The notes beneath the pieces were generated by a model. The model made no database searches and was not told where the DNA came from. It was given only the letters and a program-made list of their open reading frames with translations. Below are positions 26,825 to 50,681 of a stretch of DNA of 64,000 nt, piece by piece. A program made the translations under genes and the position numbers. The stretch is taken from positions 167,083-231,082 of the forward strand of contig NMRA01000411.1 in NCBI GenBank assembly GCA_002633005.1, written 5' to 3'. Source of the DNA: Phoronis australis (taxonomy: Eukaryota > Animalia > Phoronida). Positions within the stretch are counted from its first letter, which is position 1, and the number at the start of each line of letters is the position of its first letter.

Positions 26825-29800
26825 TTAAGCACGCCAGACAAGGTGTAGGGCACAACTCATTCTCAACAAGTGCTTTAATGGAAATTAGTCGCATAACATC
26901 GCTCATTATGTGTAGGATAAGTATGATAACTTTTTAGACAAACCAACAAACATGATACATGTACCAATACCAGGTGACCTCTCACTAATTCAAATCACAT
27001 CCAAAGAAGTTGTTAAACTATCACAATTTTGCACATTGGCATGTCAGGCTTCAAATTTAGCACAAGTTGACCCAAATGGTAAGATTTGAAACTGTAACAA
27101 ATGTGCATGATTATTTGATACAACTTTGGTATAGCTCAATGATACAATTTTTTTTACCTATAGTTTTATATACGGTAAACATTTAAGAGTTATAAGCAAA
27201 AAATATGCTTTGAATTTCAAAGTTAAGTTCTAACCTTGTAAGTTAGACTGGAATGCACTTCTCATCATTTACAAAATTCTTACAACCTGACAGAGACATC
27301 AACAGGCAGAAGACATAATTACTTGTTTTTACATGTAAACAGCTACTTTACAGAAACAAATTCACATTGCGTAATTTAGGAATCGGACAGTACAGACGTC
27401 ACAAGTTCAAGAATAAATGACAGAAAGTTTGAAAAATCAGCTTTAAAAAAATCCACAATACACCCACGTGTTGACAGACAAACAGGCAGATTGATTTTTA
27501 GGACCTAGGGATACAAAATGTTCAACCAGTTGATAACGACTTTTTGAATGTTTCACTTTCAATCCAGCCACATTCTGACAACAGGAAATTAAGAGCATAA
27601 CAAAAGATCTTCATGACGTAAGTTGATCAGTTTTTCTGAAACTGATACAGTTTCAAGACGTCTTATTTATCATTATGTCCCGAGGACTGCAGTGCCCCCA
27701 GAGGCTTATTTCCCTATTTGTTTGGAAGTTGACTGCTGCTACTCCCTCCATCCCACACACTTGCGTGTCAAGTTCCATAAATCATTAACGTTTGGTGAGA
27801 ATTCCGTTGATAATAATCAATGTTCAAGAACCATCATGTTGAAATCATACTGGCCATCTAGAAGCGACAGCGACAAATACCTGTCCAAAAATCCATTGGC
27901 ACACATACTCTCTCTCTCTCTGTATAGCCCTGTGTCATGTTTCATTAAAATCTAACCACCTACTCTGACAATAATTCATGAAGAAGAACTTCGACTAACT
28001 TGCCACAAATTAAAATGGCCAACAGGGGGTGCTGCTGCAGAAAACAAGTGTGGAAGACACATCCCATCCAAAAATTGAACTGCTGAGAGTTGGAATGGAG
28101 AAAGCTCAGACAGCCACAGTACATGTACGCTACAGTAAAATCTCATTAATTTCAGAAAATAATATGGCAGACAAGTGAAATTTTCTTTTTTTACTTTTCA
28201 CTTGAAAGATGTGTAGCAATAAAGTAATACTTTTACGTGTCCAAGGACTGTACAGTCAGCACCAGACAATATTTTGCAAAACTGAGGACATTCACAACTG
28301 TTACAATGTTAGAAGACTTTGCAAAAACAAAATATGGTTATTACGGTAATTATTTTTATCTGATATTGGTGAGATTTTATCGGACCAGAACTTGTCAGTG
28401 TGTACAAAGGAAGGCAATCATGGCACAGATTAGCCACTAGGGTTAAGCATAACTTTGCAGAAAATCTTCCAGGGTACAGGCGTCATCTAAGCAGTAACAA
28501 ACAGGACAAAGATTATTTATTCACCAACAAATTTCAGAGCCATCCATTGTTGTATTTCGACTTTTAGTCAAAAACATTAAACAGCTAGTGGGCTGGTACA
28601 CACTACCATCGTCTCAACTGGCTACAGTAGAGACAATGACCATCCTATAGGCTTTCCATACACCGGAAGCTTTTCGGTGAATCATGCCTCACACCAATTA
28701 AACCATCAGTCATGTTACTATAAGTAGCCCTTACACATAGAGGGACACATTAGAAAGCCATTAATGTCTTTAACTCTTCCCAGCTCGAACAGATACTACC
28801 GTCGAGCAATCCTTTGTTCAGTTGCCCAAATTGGCAACTGGCCATTTTTACACTCACCTGCTCGTGGCATTATCCCCCGCATGAGCAGTGTGAAACTGGC
28901 AAGTTGCCAAATTCAATCGGCAACATTCACAGCAAAGCGTCTCAGCTGACTTTTTCCATTCATGGCAACCAATGCACATGCTTATTAGGTCACTAACATC
29001 AACTAAAAGATGCAGGGAACACACCGACACGGAGAGGCTCCTGACGGTGATTCGTGATCATAACGAGTTCGACCAGGTGTGATGAGATCAAAAACACATA
29101 GTTGCCGCTGATTTGATTTTGTGTCCATCATTTATTTAACTAAACCACATACATGCACCACTGTGGTTGTACTTGATGATTTAGAAGGAACAGAAGGAAA
29201 TTTGAACGGCCCTGAAAAATTTGACCTGTTTTGCTTGTACCCAATGAGAGTGCTACAGGAGTACTCTGTCTTTATTATGCTGTTTTTAGTTGATGTAAGT
29301 ATTCTGTTGATGTTGTGAGAGGCTTGACGAGTATGCGTATTGCTTAAGCATGAACGAAGAAAGTCGGACGCGGAGCTTTGTGATGATTGTTGCCGATTGA
29401 ATTAGGAATATCTGGAGGTACCAATGATATTCATTGGTGTCATGGTGTCACTGTCAACAAATGTAACTAGTGCGCACGCTACCGATACATATGCCATGCC
29501 ATCCGCCGGGCGCAGTGTTAAAAATGGCGATTTACCCATTTTGGGTACTGAACGAGGGACTGCTCAAAGAAAAAGTTTGATAACGGGAGTATTTGTTCGA
29601 GTTGGAAGGAATTAAATACATCGACGACCTCCTAAGGTGTCCTTCTATGCACAAAAGGTATTTAGAACAACGTGACTTTGATGTTTTAGTCAGTGTGTGG
29701 CATAATTCGCCGAAAAGCTTCCGGCGTATGAAGGTCCTATAGCAGCTCCATCGTCTGGCTGCACCAGCAGTAGGCAACACGTAGCCCCTCGGTTGGCCTG

Positions 29801-29899
29801 TTAGGGGCTACAATACTTCCCATCGCTTTCTATACGCATTTCGTTCCATGTATTTTAAACAGGCGGTAGGCCAAATCCGGCCACTGATTTTGAGTTTTC

Positions 29900-30330
29900 A
29901 CCTCGTCGAAAATACATTCTACACTCAAAATTATCACTTAAAAATCTAATTCTACACATATCTTCGATGAAGCATATCTACTAGAATTAAGGTAACTTTG
30001 GAGAAGAATTCCAACTCCACTATTTGGTCACCGTTAACTTTTTCAACGCGCACACAATAACCACAAAATATCTCAACTGAGTCATGTGAGTTAGGCTAGC
30101 GCGAGACTGATCAAAGCGCGTGACCTGGCACACGACACTTGCAAAGTAGCATGGGAAGATATCAGGTGGAATTTGTGAGTTTTGTGTCTCTTGGACTTTT
30201 TGTTCATTAACACATGATTTCTCGCAACTTCCTCAAAATGGCACCCGGTGAGAGAAACTCAAGCGAACCGCGACAGATTTTCATGGATATGTTCAAGTTA
30301 CGTTGACTAAATTTTATTCAGAGTCATGGT
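29900..30330. promoter_or_regulatory. Probable divergent promoter (SETDB1/THAP side minus, cathepsin D side plus)
   Basis: Locally CpG-richer. Minus-strand donor GAG|GTGAAA near 29901; plus-strand donor ATG|GTATGT at 30328 with a matching acceptor at 32326 upstream of the cathepsin D ATG. An AP-1 site TGAGTCA overlaps an M-box GTCATGTGAG (30078-30090). Transcription start sites are inferred. Confidence 0.45.
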
Positions 30331-32399
30331 ATGTGTTTATTATAACTCCATGTGCATTTATGCATGTTTCATTCGATTTTATTTGCTGTATTTTTAAATG
30401 CGTAACTTTTTATGGGGATGTACTATCGCCCCTGTATGCCTGCGGCATCCAGGACGATGTATAATTGCCTACGCCAGCAGAGCCGAGGCGATGGCCATTG
30501 TTAGGGTGAGCAAACCCAAATACAAATTTCATCAGAAACACTTGAAAAGAGTGTTAAATGATAGCTTTACACATGCCGTTTATAAAACTTTTTGAATTTT
30601 TCAAATCGGTTCGGTGGTTCTCGAGTTATTTGAATTTTAGAGCCTCAAAAATGGCCTTTTTTTCAGCAAACGGCACCCAGAAATTTCAGGCCACAGAAAA
30701 TGGCAAGTTTAGACAACTATATTTGGGAATCCATAGCTCACAGTGCTCTTAAAACAAGATGGAGAGTCCTTTGCAAGTAGGTTAACAACATGGCATAGAC
30801 ACCAAACCACAAATTATTATATTTTGCACGAACAAGAACAACAAAAATTGAAAAATTCACCATCGACTTGGTTTTTTTTCGGCTTGTGACCGGACATTTT
30901 TGCCCCTGAAGCCAAGTTGAACAAGTGATGTTTTAAAAAGACAGCAACTTATTACCTTGAAAATGACAAAACCCTTCAAGAATTACTATGGTTTAGTGAA
31001 CATGTTTCTTTTGCTCCAAAAGATTTTGAAATAATTCTAAAAAATGAAATTTGCATAACAAATGAATTCAAAATGAACAAAAACCAGAAAACTAGTCTTT
31101 TTCAGAGTATTTCGTTATTTATTTAAAAACCTGTGAGGTTATGTAAATTAATCTTTTTTCCCAAGTAAGATCAATGTTTTCACAATCTTAAATTGCACAC
31201 AAAATGACAAAAAATGATAATATGCATTTTTAATTAAACAAAATTAAATTGGACCCTAAAATTTCAACAAATTTTAAATCCATTTCATTCCTATCAAATA
31301 ATATAGAAACTGAGAGGTGTTGTGTTGGTGACTATCCAAAAAGAGCATATTTGTATTCTAAAATGTTTTGATGCACTGCAGCGTTGACTGAACATTTATT
31401 TTGGTGAAATATGTAATTTTCTAAAAATGAAACTGATCACAGCGCCCCCACGAGGTAGTAAAAGTGTAACAAAAAATATTTTTGAAGAAAATAGGAAAAA
31501 ATGACTCTATCCCCAAAATTGAAGTAAATTAAATTTTAAAACTATTCTATATTATTTTAATGAAAATATTTTACCAGGTTTGGGCCACTTTTTGTAATTT
31601 AGAGAAGTTTTGACTGGTTCTGTTGAATACATTTGACCAATCAGGTTCGAGTTTAGGTTGAACCCTGGAAAGGTCAACATGGTTCTTGAAAAATGACTGA
31701 AGTTACCTTTTTAGAAGTGTTCCTAAATGGAAATGGTGAGATGAAGTGAAAAAATTTGATCAGGAATGGATTAGGACATGATAAGTGATTATGACATTGA
31801 GTGTACACTTTCAGGATTTTTCCAGGTGAGAGAGTGGCGAGGCAGTAAATTAAAAAAAGTACATTTTCTCATATTTTTGTCAAAAAAATAAAAAGTGTAC
31901 ACTCAGGGTTGAAAGCAGAATTTTGTAGCAAACAGTTTGATATAAATATCATTAAAATNCTTGAAATAATTTCAGTATTTTTTTAAGGCAGATGGAACAC
32001 GTCAATATTTTCTGTACTTCGTGGCTTCGTGGCTGGATTCGTTTTTTATGGGCATTTTGATGTGTAATTTACTTAATACGTTATGCGACGTGGTAATCTG
32101 AGCATCAAAGCAGCTGGACGCCATATTCCTATTTCGATCTTCAACATTGTTTTTTGGAAAATTGCATTAATTTTTATCGAATTCTCTGAAATATCGTTGT
32201 GTCAGAATATGGGTGCAATGCTAATCATATAAGACACTGAATTTTGTAAGTCTGGGATGGAAGTTTTACAGGTTGTTGCGAATAAGAGTTTTACGGTAGC
32301 AGAATCGATATTTTTATTCTCCTTAGCGGCTGTGTTTACAAAAGAAAACAGTCCCGTGACTGACCCTACTCACTTGAGTACGCCGACCTCGACGCCAGC

Positions 32400-44433
<12,034 letters not shown>

Positions 44434-44856
44434 GTCGTCGAATTGTGTAATGGTGTGATGAAATTTTTAAGTTTTTGTTGTAAATGCCTAATGCGATTTG
44501 ATATTAAAGTTTTGATGTTGTATCACGTTGTTTTATTTTTAAAGTTACTGATTTAAATGTAAGTTAAGTGTTTATTTACAAGGGACCAGGTATACACATC
44601 CACTCTCACATCTCATTCCCAAATGAAAGCTAAAAAAGAACAAGAGTGCACATGACTAAATGATGAAGAGACGCAGATAATGTCTGAAAGGATGGTTGGC
44701 AAAAACTGAACTTAAACGTACAATCCATAGCCATTGAGATCCAACTTGATATCTCTTTTGAACGAGTGTTAACCAAGTTTTTTCACAGCTCTGCATCAAG
44801 TGTTGATTTCTTGGGCTTATTGTCATGACAACACACTTGAGTTGAAAGTCATCAAC

Positions 44857-47800
44857 TTATGAGGGTGGATTTAAACCAGGCTGGTGTAGTCTTTCTTCTC
44901 TCTCTTCGTTCTTTGCATGTCGTTTCATCATATTCATCACCTCATGGTCAAATTCAACGGGTGTCGGTTGAGCTCCTGAAAAAAGTTAGAAAGTGAGCCA
45001 AGTGCTTGTGGAATTGGCAATTACCACAGGTACAAACTATGAATTTGAAGGCTCGGCAAAAAATGTTTTACGAGGCTATGGTGATGAAGGTAATTAGTCT
45101 ATTTCACTTATGCTTATGACAAGGAATGTTTTCAATTATTAAGCTTAATTCCATTATTTCTGACTGGACAATAAATTCAGCTACTGCCGGTCTGAAATTT
45201 AAAAAATATAGGACCCATAGCTGAGATATTACATGCACGGACCACTCAGAAATAAAAGGACTGTACAATAAATATTCAAATGGATTTCTATGTAAATTCT
45301 TCCATCGGACCAAAATTGTGTACGCACTTTTCATGGTGCAGTAGTTTACGAGCAGCAATTGTACTACAGTGAAAAGCATGCAATTTGGTCCACACTACTT
45401 TTGAAATGTGACCTGAAAAAGCACTGAATCCCAGTACACACTGATTCGTTAACATTGTCACAAAAATTGATTATCTACTAGCAACAGTTAAAAACTACAA
45501 ATCAATAAAACTGAGCAGTATTCACCTGTCATCCAATAATAAATATCCCAATCGTTACTTGGTAAGTTTATTAATTCATCATACAGCTTCAACTGTTGTT
45601 CGTTCAGGGAATCCAGGTACTTGGCAGCAAAAGTGCTGAAAGAAATGTTTCCAATTGTAGTTAAGAGATGGCAGCACTTTCCAATCTATTTTTAGGACAA
45701 TAGGTAGCGCGACCATACAACGCCGCTGCTGTCAAAGATAAAAAATGTTTGTTGCTTGTTTACGACGCACATCAACTTGTTCCTGCATCAATAGCACACG
45801 TTTAACGTCACCAATTTGCAGCCACATTTCTCCAGAAAATTCGTCTGAGGTATCAATAGTTTTGATCGTTGAAAATTGAACATGATCATGATTGATAAAT
45901 CACGCTTCCAGATTTTTTTTATAACAAAAGGCAACTGTTTGAATCTAAATGAGCGTTACCACCCATTATTCTGAAAGAAATTGGGAGTAACTAACTTAAT
46001 AAAAATTCATAAAGGTCATAACCAATTACCGGATGCATAAAATGAAGACGGTTCTATTAAATAAAACATTTTCGTCTACCTCTTACAAGGCCGCCTCGAT
46101 GGCGCAGTCGGCAGCGCGTGAGTCTCATAATCTCAAGGTCGTGAGTTCGATCCTCACTCGGGGCAGGCGGCAACATTTTTAATTTTTTTTATATTTTTAT
46201 GCACATAGTTTTGAGATTTTTATAGCAAGATTTTTTTCCGAGGATACCGAACACTTTTGTGTAAAGGGATGGTCACATTTTACAACCACACAGTATGTAC
46301 AAACATTCTTGCGCCCCCAGAAGTGGTACTTGTCCCATTCAAAATCTTTTATTATATTAGTAATTTTTAAAGTAAATTACGAAAATAACAAAATGCAATC
46401 ATCCCACGAAGTTCATGTAATCAACTGATGACCAGAATCTACTTTAGTTTGACAACAAGCAAACAAGAACTACAGCAAAAAATTAAGTGACCGTAAGCAG
46501 GCATAACTTTAAAGTTAGATGTGAGGCCATGGAATCATTTGCAAACACTTTGTTACCAAGAAATCTCTTGCTTCAACAGATCCTTCACATACACATTTTA
46601 AATGAAACAATGAGAGATTTTACTTGGCTCAAGTGTCGAGTAGAAGATTGAAGTTGATGAAAACTGTAATAAACAAATAAATTAGACAACTTTCATGATT
46701 TAACAAAGTCAGTAATCACCTCAATAAAAGGCCGTTTTCCAACATTCCTCGTTTCCGACTTTGGTATAAAAGTCGCGCCCGCCTGCTTTCTAATGATTCA
46801 TTGGGCGTCCATTTGTACACAGGGATGGGTGGCGTCTCCTGCTGGGAACTGTTAGAACTGAACTGGGCAGTGGCGTACACTTTCACCACTCTCTGACTCA
46901 CGAACTGTAAACAGATGACTGATGTCTATTTGCTACATACATCAAGGAAAAAAGGACTAGTACAATAAAACAAATATCCAACGAATTTGCTTACCTTCAC
47001 AAAAACAATACATTTTGTTCCTGAATAAAATCAACAACTTTAAAATCAGCGCATATGTAAATAACGGCATAGTGATCGACGTTTTGGTTTATTGTCTCTA
47101 AACCATTCTGAAGACAAAAGACAAAAGTTCACAATATTCCAAACAGGCGACACAGGTGGAGAACAGACTGTACAGGTACATGCCAAAATGCTGAGTGCTA
47201 TCTGAATAGAAACATTGATTCATTTGAGCGCCAAAAGTTTTGATTGCTGGTCTCTCCCCTCACAATGAGTCATTTTCGAATTTGAAATTAAATTGTCAAA
47301 CTAAAATATTTGGAAGTGTTTTAATATTCCCGTTGCTAACGGATATCAAATTTTATCACGGTTAAAAATATTACGAGACCGATTTTACAAGCTAAAATGG
47401 ATTAATTCTATTTTGGCATCTGAATACAGACAAAATGCAGTTTGAAATGTAAAAATAAATAAGAAAGCAAATAAATGGAATTAAAAAAAAATAATAACAA
47501 ATGACCTGCCAATAAATTGAATCACAGACAATAATCAAATGCCTATGATTGGTTATTAAATGCACATTGCATCGCTTGGATATAAAACACTCAATGGATT
47601 CAAGTACTCCCGACCAGGGATAATTTCAGGAGCGTGGCCTGCATGAGTGATTGCTGCAAAAATAACTTCATTGATGGACTGTGATTCCTCAACTCAGAAT
47701 AATGGGCCAATCAAATTGGAAGCCAAAAAAGAACAAAAATCTAACATGGCCTACAGGTCCTCCAAATTGGCCTATAGGTCCTCCAAATTGGCCCGTAGGT

Positions 47801-48634
47801 CCTCCAAATTGGCCCGTAGGTCCTCCAAATTGACCCATATACTTGAGACCAAGTGGATCAATTCACCCATTCTCACATTTTTCTAAAATGATGGGACTCC
47901 AACTGATTCCAAAGGTATTTAGTTATACTTGAAAGATATATGATATGTAAAGTAATGTGACTTTGATGGTTTAACTCAGGGTTTAGCATATTTGCAGAAA
48001 ATCTTTCAATTTCTCGAAAACATACACTGTACTGAGACCTCTTGGCTTCCACAGACTGTCACTGGGTCGTATGGAATTCATTCTGAAAAAGGCACTTGTC
48101 GCCAAGTCGCGAAAGTCATGCATCTGAGGGGCACATCTGACCTTTGACTTTGTGCCCGTATACATTTAAATTATTATATGGCAGTCCTCCCAGGCTCCAG
48201 TTGATAGTTATGTAAGTAAATATCTCAGATTTCAGAGTTCATTAATCACCCACATTGTAACCATCTAATGTGAAAATGAATACAATCAATGAATAAAGGG
48301 TTGTTATGTAGAGGGTGAAATTGGTGTCTAAATCAGGGACCACACACGACCAGTGCTTTTTTAGTTTTTTAAATTGCGAGTTGACATTGACTCTCAACTT
48401 GCTCAAGAGCAGACAAGACTCAGTAGGCTAGTACTTGTCTGAGTAATGGCTACAGTTAGTGGAGAATAGTCATAAGACAAACAATCAGAATGTTTTACCA
48501 TAATTGAAATCTTAAGGAATACGACAGAGTATTAAATACAGCGCTTATAATTATAACCATACTTAACAGGCACATGCAATATCTACCCGATGCGATAAAA
48601 TCCTCGAACATTGTTTTGCTACCGCGGAGGCCAT
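44857..48634 (-). CDS. SDHAF2: Succinate dehydrogenase assembly factor 2, mitochondrial
   Basis: Exons 48634-48587 ([16 protein letters not shown], presequence-like, least certain), 46904-46720 ([20 protein letters not shown]), 45635-45526 (STFAAKYL...[20 protein letters not shown]), 44975-44857 ([20 protein letters not shown]...stop); phases consistent. Confidence 0.93.
46093..46165 (+). tRNA. tRNA-Met (CAT), elongator type
   Basis: 73 nt; acceptor stem GCCTCGA/TCGGGGC, D arm GCGC/GCGC, anticodon loop CTCATAA, GTTCGAT T-loop, T-run terminator at 46176. Antisense within SDHAF2 intron 2. Confidence 0.96.
47747..47838. repeat. 21-bp minisatellite (~4.3 copies)
   Basis: Repeated aggtcctccaaattggcc(t/c)(a/g)t in SDHAF2 intron 1. 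Confidence 0.92.
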
Positions 48635-49080
48635 TTCTTGTGGTGTTCCGGTTACAAATGGGTTAGTCTATTTTTTCCTTTGCTCAAAAAAGTGGACGAT
48701 TTTCATGCAGATTTCAAAGTTAGGAACATCTTATTATTGCTTTGGTGAATTTTTGCGTTCTAAACAATTAATCAATGTTTTCTGGATGAAAAACTTAACT
48801 ATTTTTATGGTTAACGTCACAGAAATAAATGAAAGAAAGGGGTGTCAGGCTGTTAACTCGGCCATTGTTGGGAGATGGCGCTGTTGTACGTTGTAACAGA
48901 GAGCCCAAGACGGCGTTTTCCCGTTCAGTGACTTTACGAGACGTAGAGGCTGGTGAGGGTGTGATAATCATAGCTAGCTTTTTTGTTAACTTCCAAGCAC
49001 AATCTTTTTTCTGGTATGACAACAGCCAGGCCAATTATCAGACTTATTGCAGACCACTTGTGAACAGAGCGAATCGGTAC
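48635..49080. promoter_or_regulatory. Probable bidirectional promoter SDHAF2 / ethanolamine kinase with a non-coding first kinase exon
   Basis: SDHAF2 ATG at 48634 (minus). Plus-strand donor CG|GTACGT at 49078 and acceptor TTTCAG at 50646 before the kinase ATG. YY1-like agATGGCG near 48874. Confidence 0.5.
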
Positions 49081-49527
49081 GTTCGGAAAGAATAGATTGT
49101 AACTTCGGTTGTACGGGTTGTAGTTGAACGATTTTGGCGATTCAAAAACTAAACATGATTACTTACCATTTGACGAGGATTTCAGAAATGCTATTGGTTT
49201 GTATTCAAATATGTTATGACTTAACTGTTATTTTTAATAGCACAGCCCAGTAAGGCTAGATACGTTCTTATTGGAGATTAGAGCAGTTATCGAACAAAAG
49301 AGAGTTGGCCTTCCAACCATGCCAGAATGAAGTTAATCAGTCGTGTAAGATATTGGGGTCATCTTGCCAACTTGTTGTTGAATGTTGGGCTATAGATTCG
49401 AACAAGTTGGGAGGAAAGGGAAAACTGTAATGTGAGACGTGAGAGACGGACGTTTTGGATTTTTTATTGCCCTACACCTTTGTGGAAGTGAGCTGTGCTT
49501 TCGGGCAAACAATGTAAAGTACTTGTG

Positions 49528-49664
49528 CATGGGCAGCGCACCATAGGGGGCTGGGGGCTGTAGCCCCCCACTTTTTTCAGTGCTAGGCCGCACATGGTCT
49601 GCACCATGGGGGGGGCTGAGGCAGCTTTAGCCCCCCCACTTTTTTCAGTGCTGCGCCGCCCATG
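49528..49664. mobile_element. 137-bp MITE with a 5-bp target duplication
   Basis: TIRs catgggcagcgca / tgcgccgcccatg, TTGTG on both flanks, and an internal direct repeat tagccccccacttttttcagtgct. Confidence 0.8.
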
Positions 49665-50681
49665 TTGTGTGATTATGTTTAAACGTTTTAAAGAACTGTA
49701 CTCCAACTTCATGCTTCAATCTGCACTTGCAGTTTCAAAATGAATGTACGACAGGGAATGACTAACTTGAAACCTGTTGCACACACTGACACAGGCTTTT
49801 GTTGTGATAAAACTGATTCCACATGCAAGTCTTTTCATTAGTCTTTTGTAGCATTTTCATGCCTGGTGGATGAAAAGCTCAAAAGCGCTGGATTTAACAC
49901 AGAGTTGGGTGCAGATGTGCGCAAAGACAGTATGCTCATACTTAACTAGCTCTGTAATTGAGCTTTCTTTATGCTTTTGACTGTACCAGCATAAAACCAT
50001 AGTCTATGGAATAGATTAAAGACAACTACTAGTATAGTCTATGATTAAACAAAGTCCAACATTCATAACATAAGACAGAAACCAACTATTCTGTCCAGAT
50101 AAGCTGAGTTAGGCCAGCTCCAACCATGCCCAATGCACCAGTAAAAGTGATCCTTGTTCTCATTGCAGGCTTTTTTTTCTCTTAGCAAAAGTGTTAGTGA
50201 AAACACTATAGAGTTTTTGTCGTTTGTGAACAGCTGTATCACTTGTTTGCAATGGCTTAATTGATGTTGATGTTCCTCCTAAATCAATCATTAAAACGTA
50301 TACTGTGATGGTGATATTCGGTGGTATTTAAACCACTTTAAAAGTTATAACTTGATCTGAACACTTTAAAGCCGAGTTTTAAAAGTTGTAATTGAAGCGT
50401 GGTTATTTTGCGAGGGTGGTTTAGCGAAAAGTTGTAAGTGGGAGTTAACAGGCGCTTGTTATTAAAGTTATAACTCAGTACTAGCGCTGCTGTCAAGTCT
50501 CGGAAATATTGGTGTGGCATACACCGAGGTACTATAAGTGGGGTGAATGAGAAAACGATAACACTGTCAACTGGTGAATAAAACGACAAACTAGGGTTAA
50601 TAAAATTAGTATGGTGTATATATATAGTACTCTTTCTTGATTTCAGAAAAGACATAACTTTTCATTTGTGAACCTGCTGCT

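Noticed and set aside
30500-31960. 1.4-kb AT-rich block that looks like a non-autonomous DNA transposon, with a 14-bp inverted repeat near 31798/31892
   Set aside because: No matching termini or target duplication could be defined and it ends near an N, so it was not called.
46995-47181. Alternative SDHAF2 first exons near 47.0-47.2 kb
   Set aside because: The ATG at 47070 has the wrong phase for exon 2. The other options lack a presequence character, and 48634-48587 fits better.
47647-47886. ORF with repeated RSSKLA units
   Set aside because: A by-product of the 21-bp minisatellite, antisense within an SDHAF2 intron.
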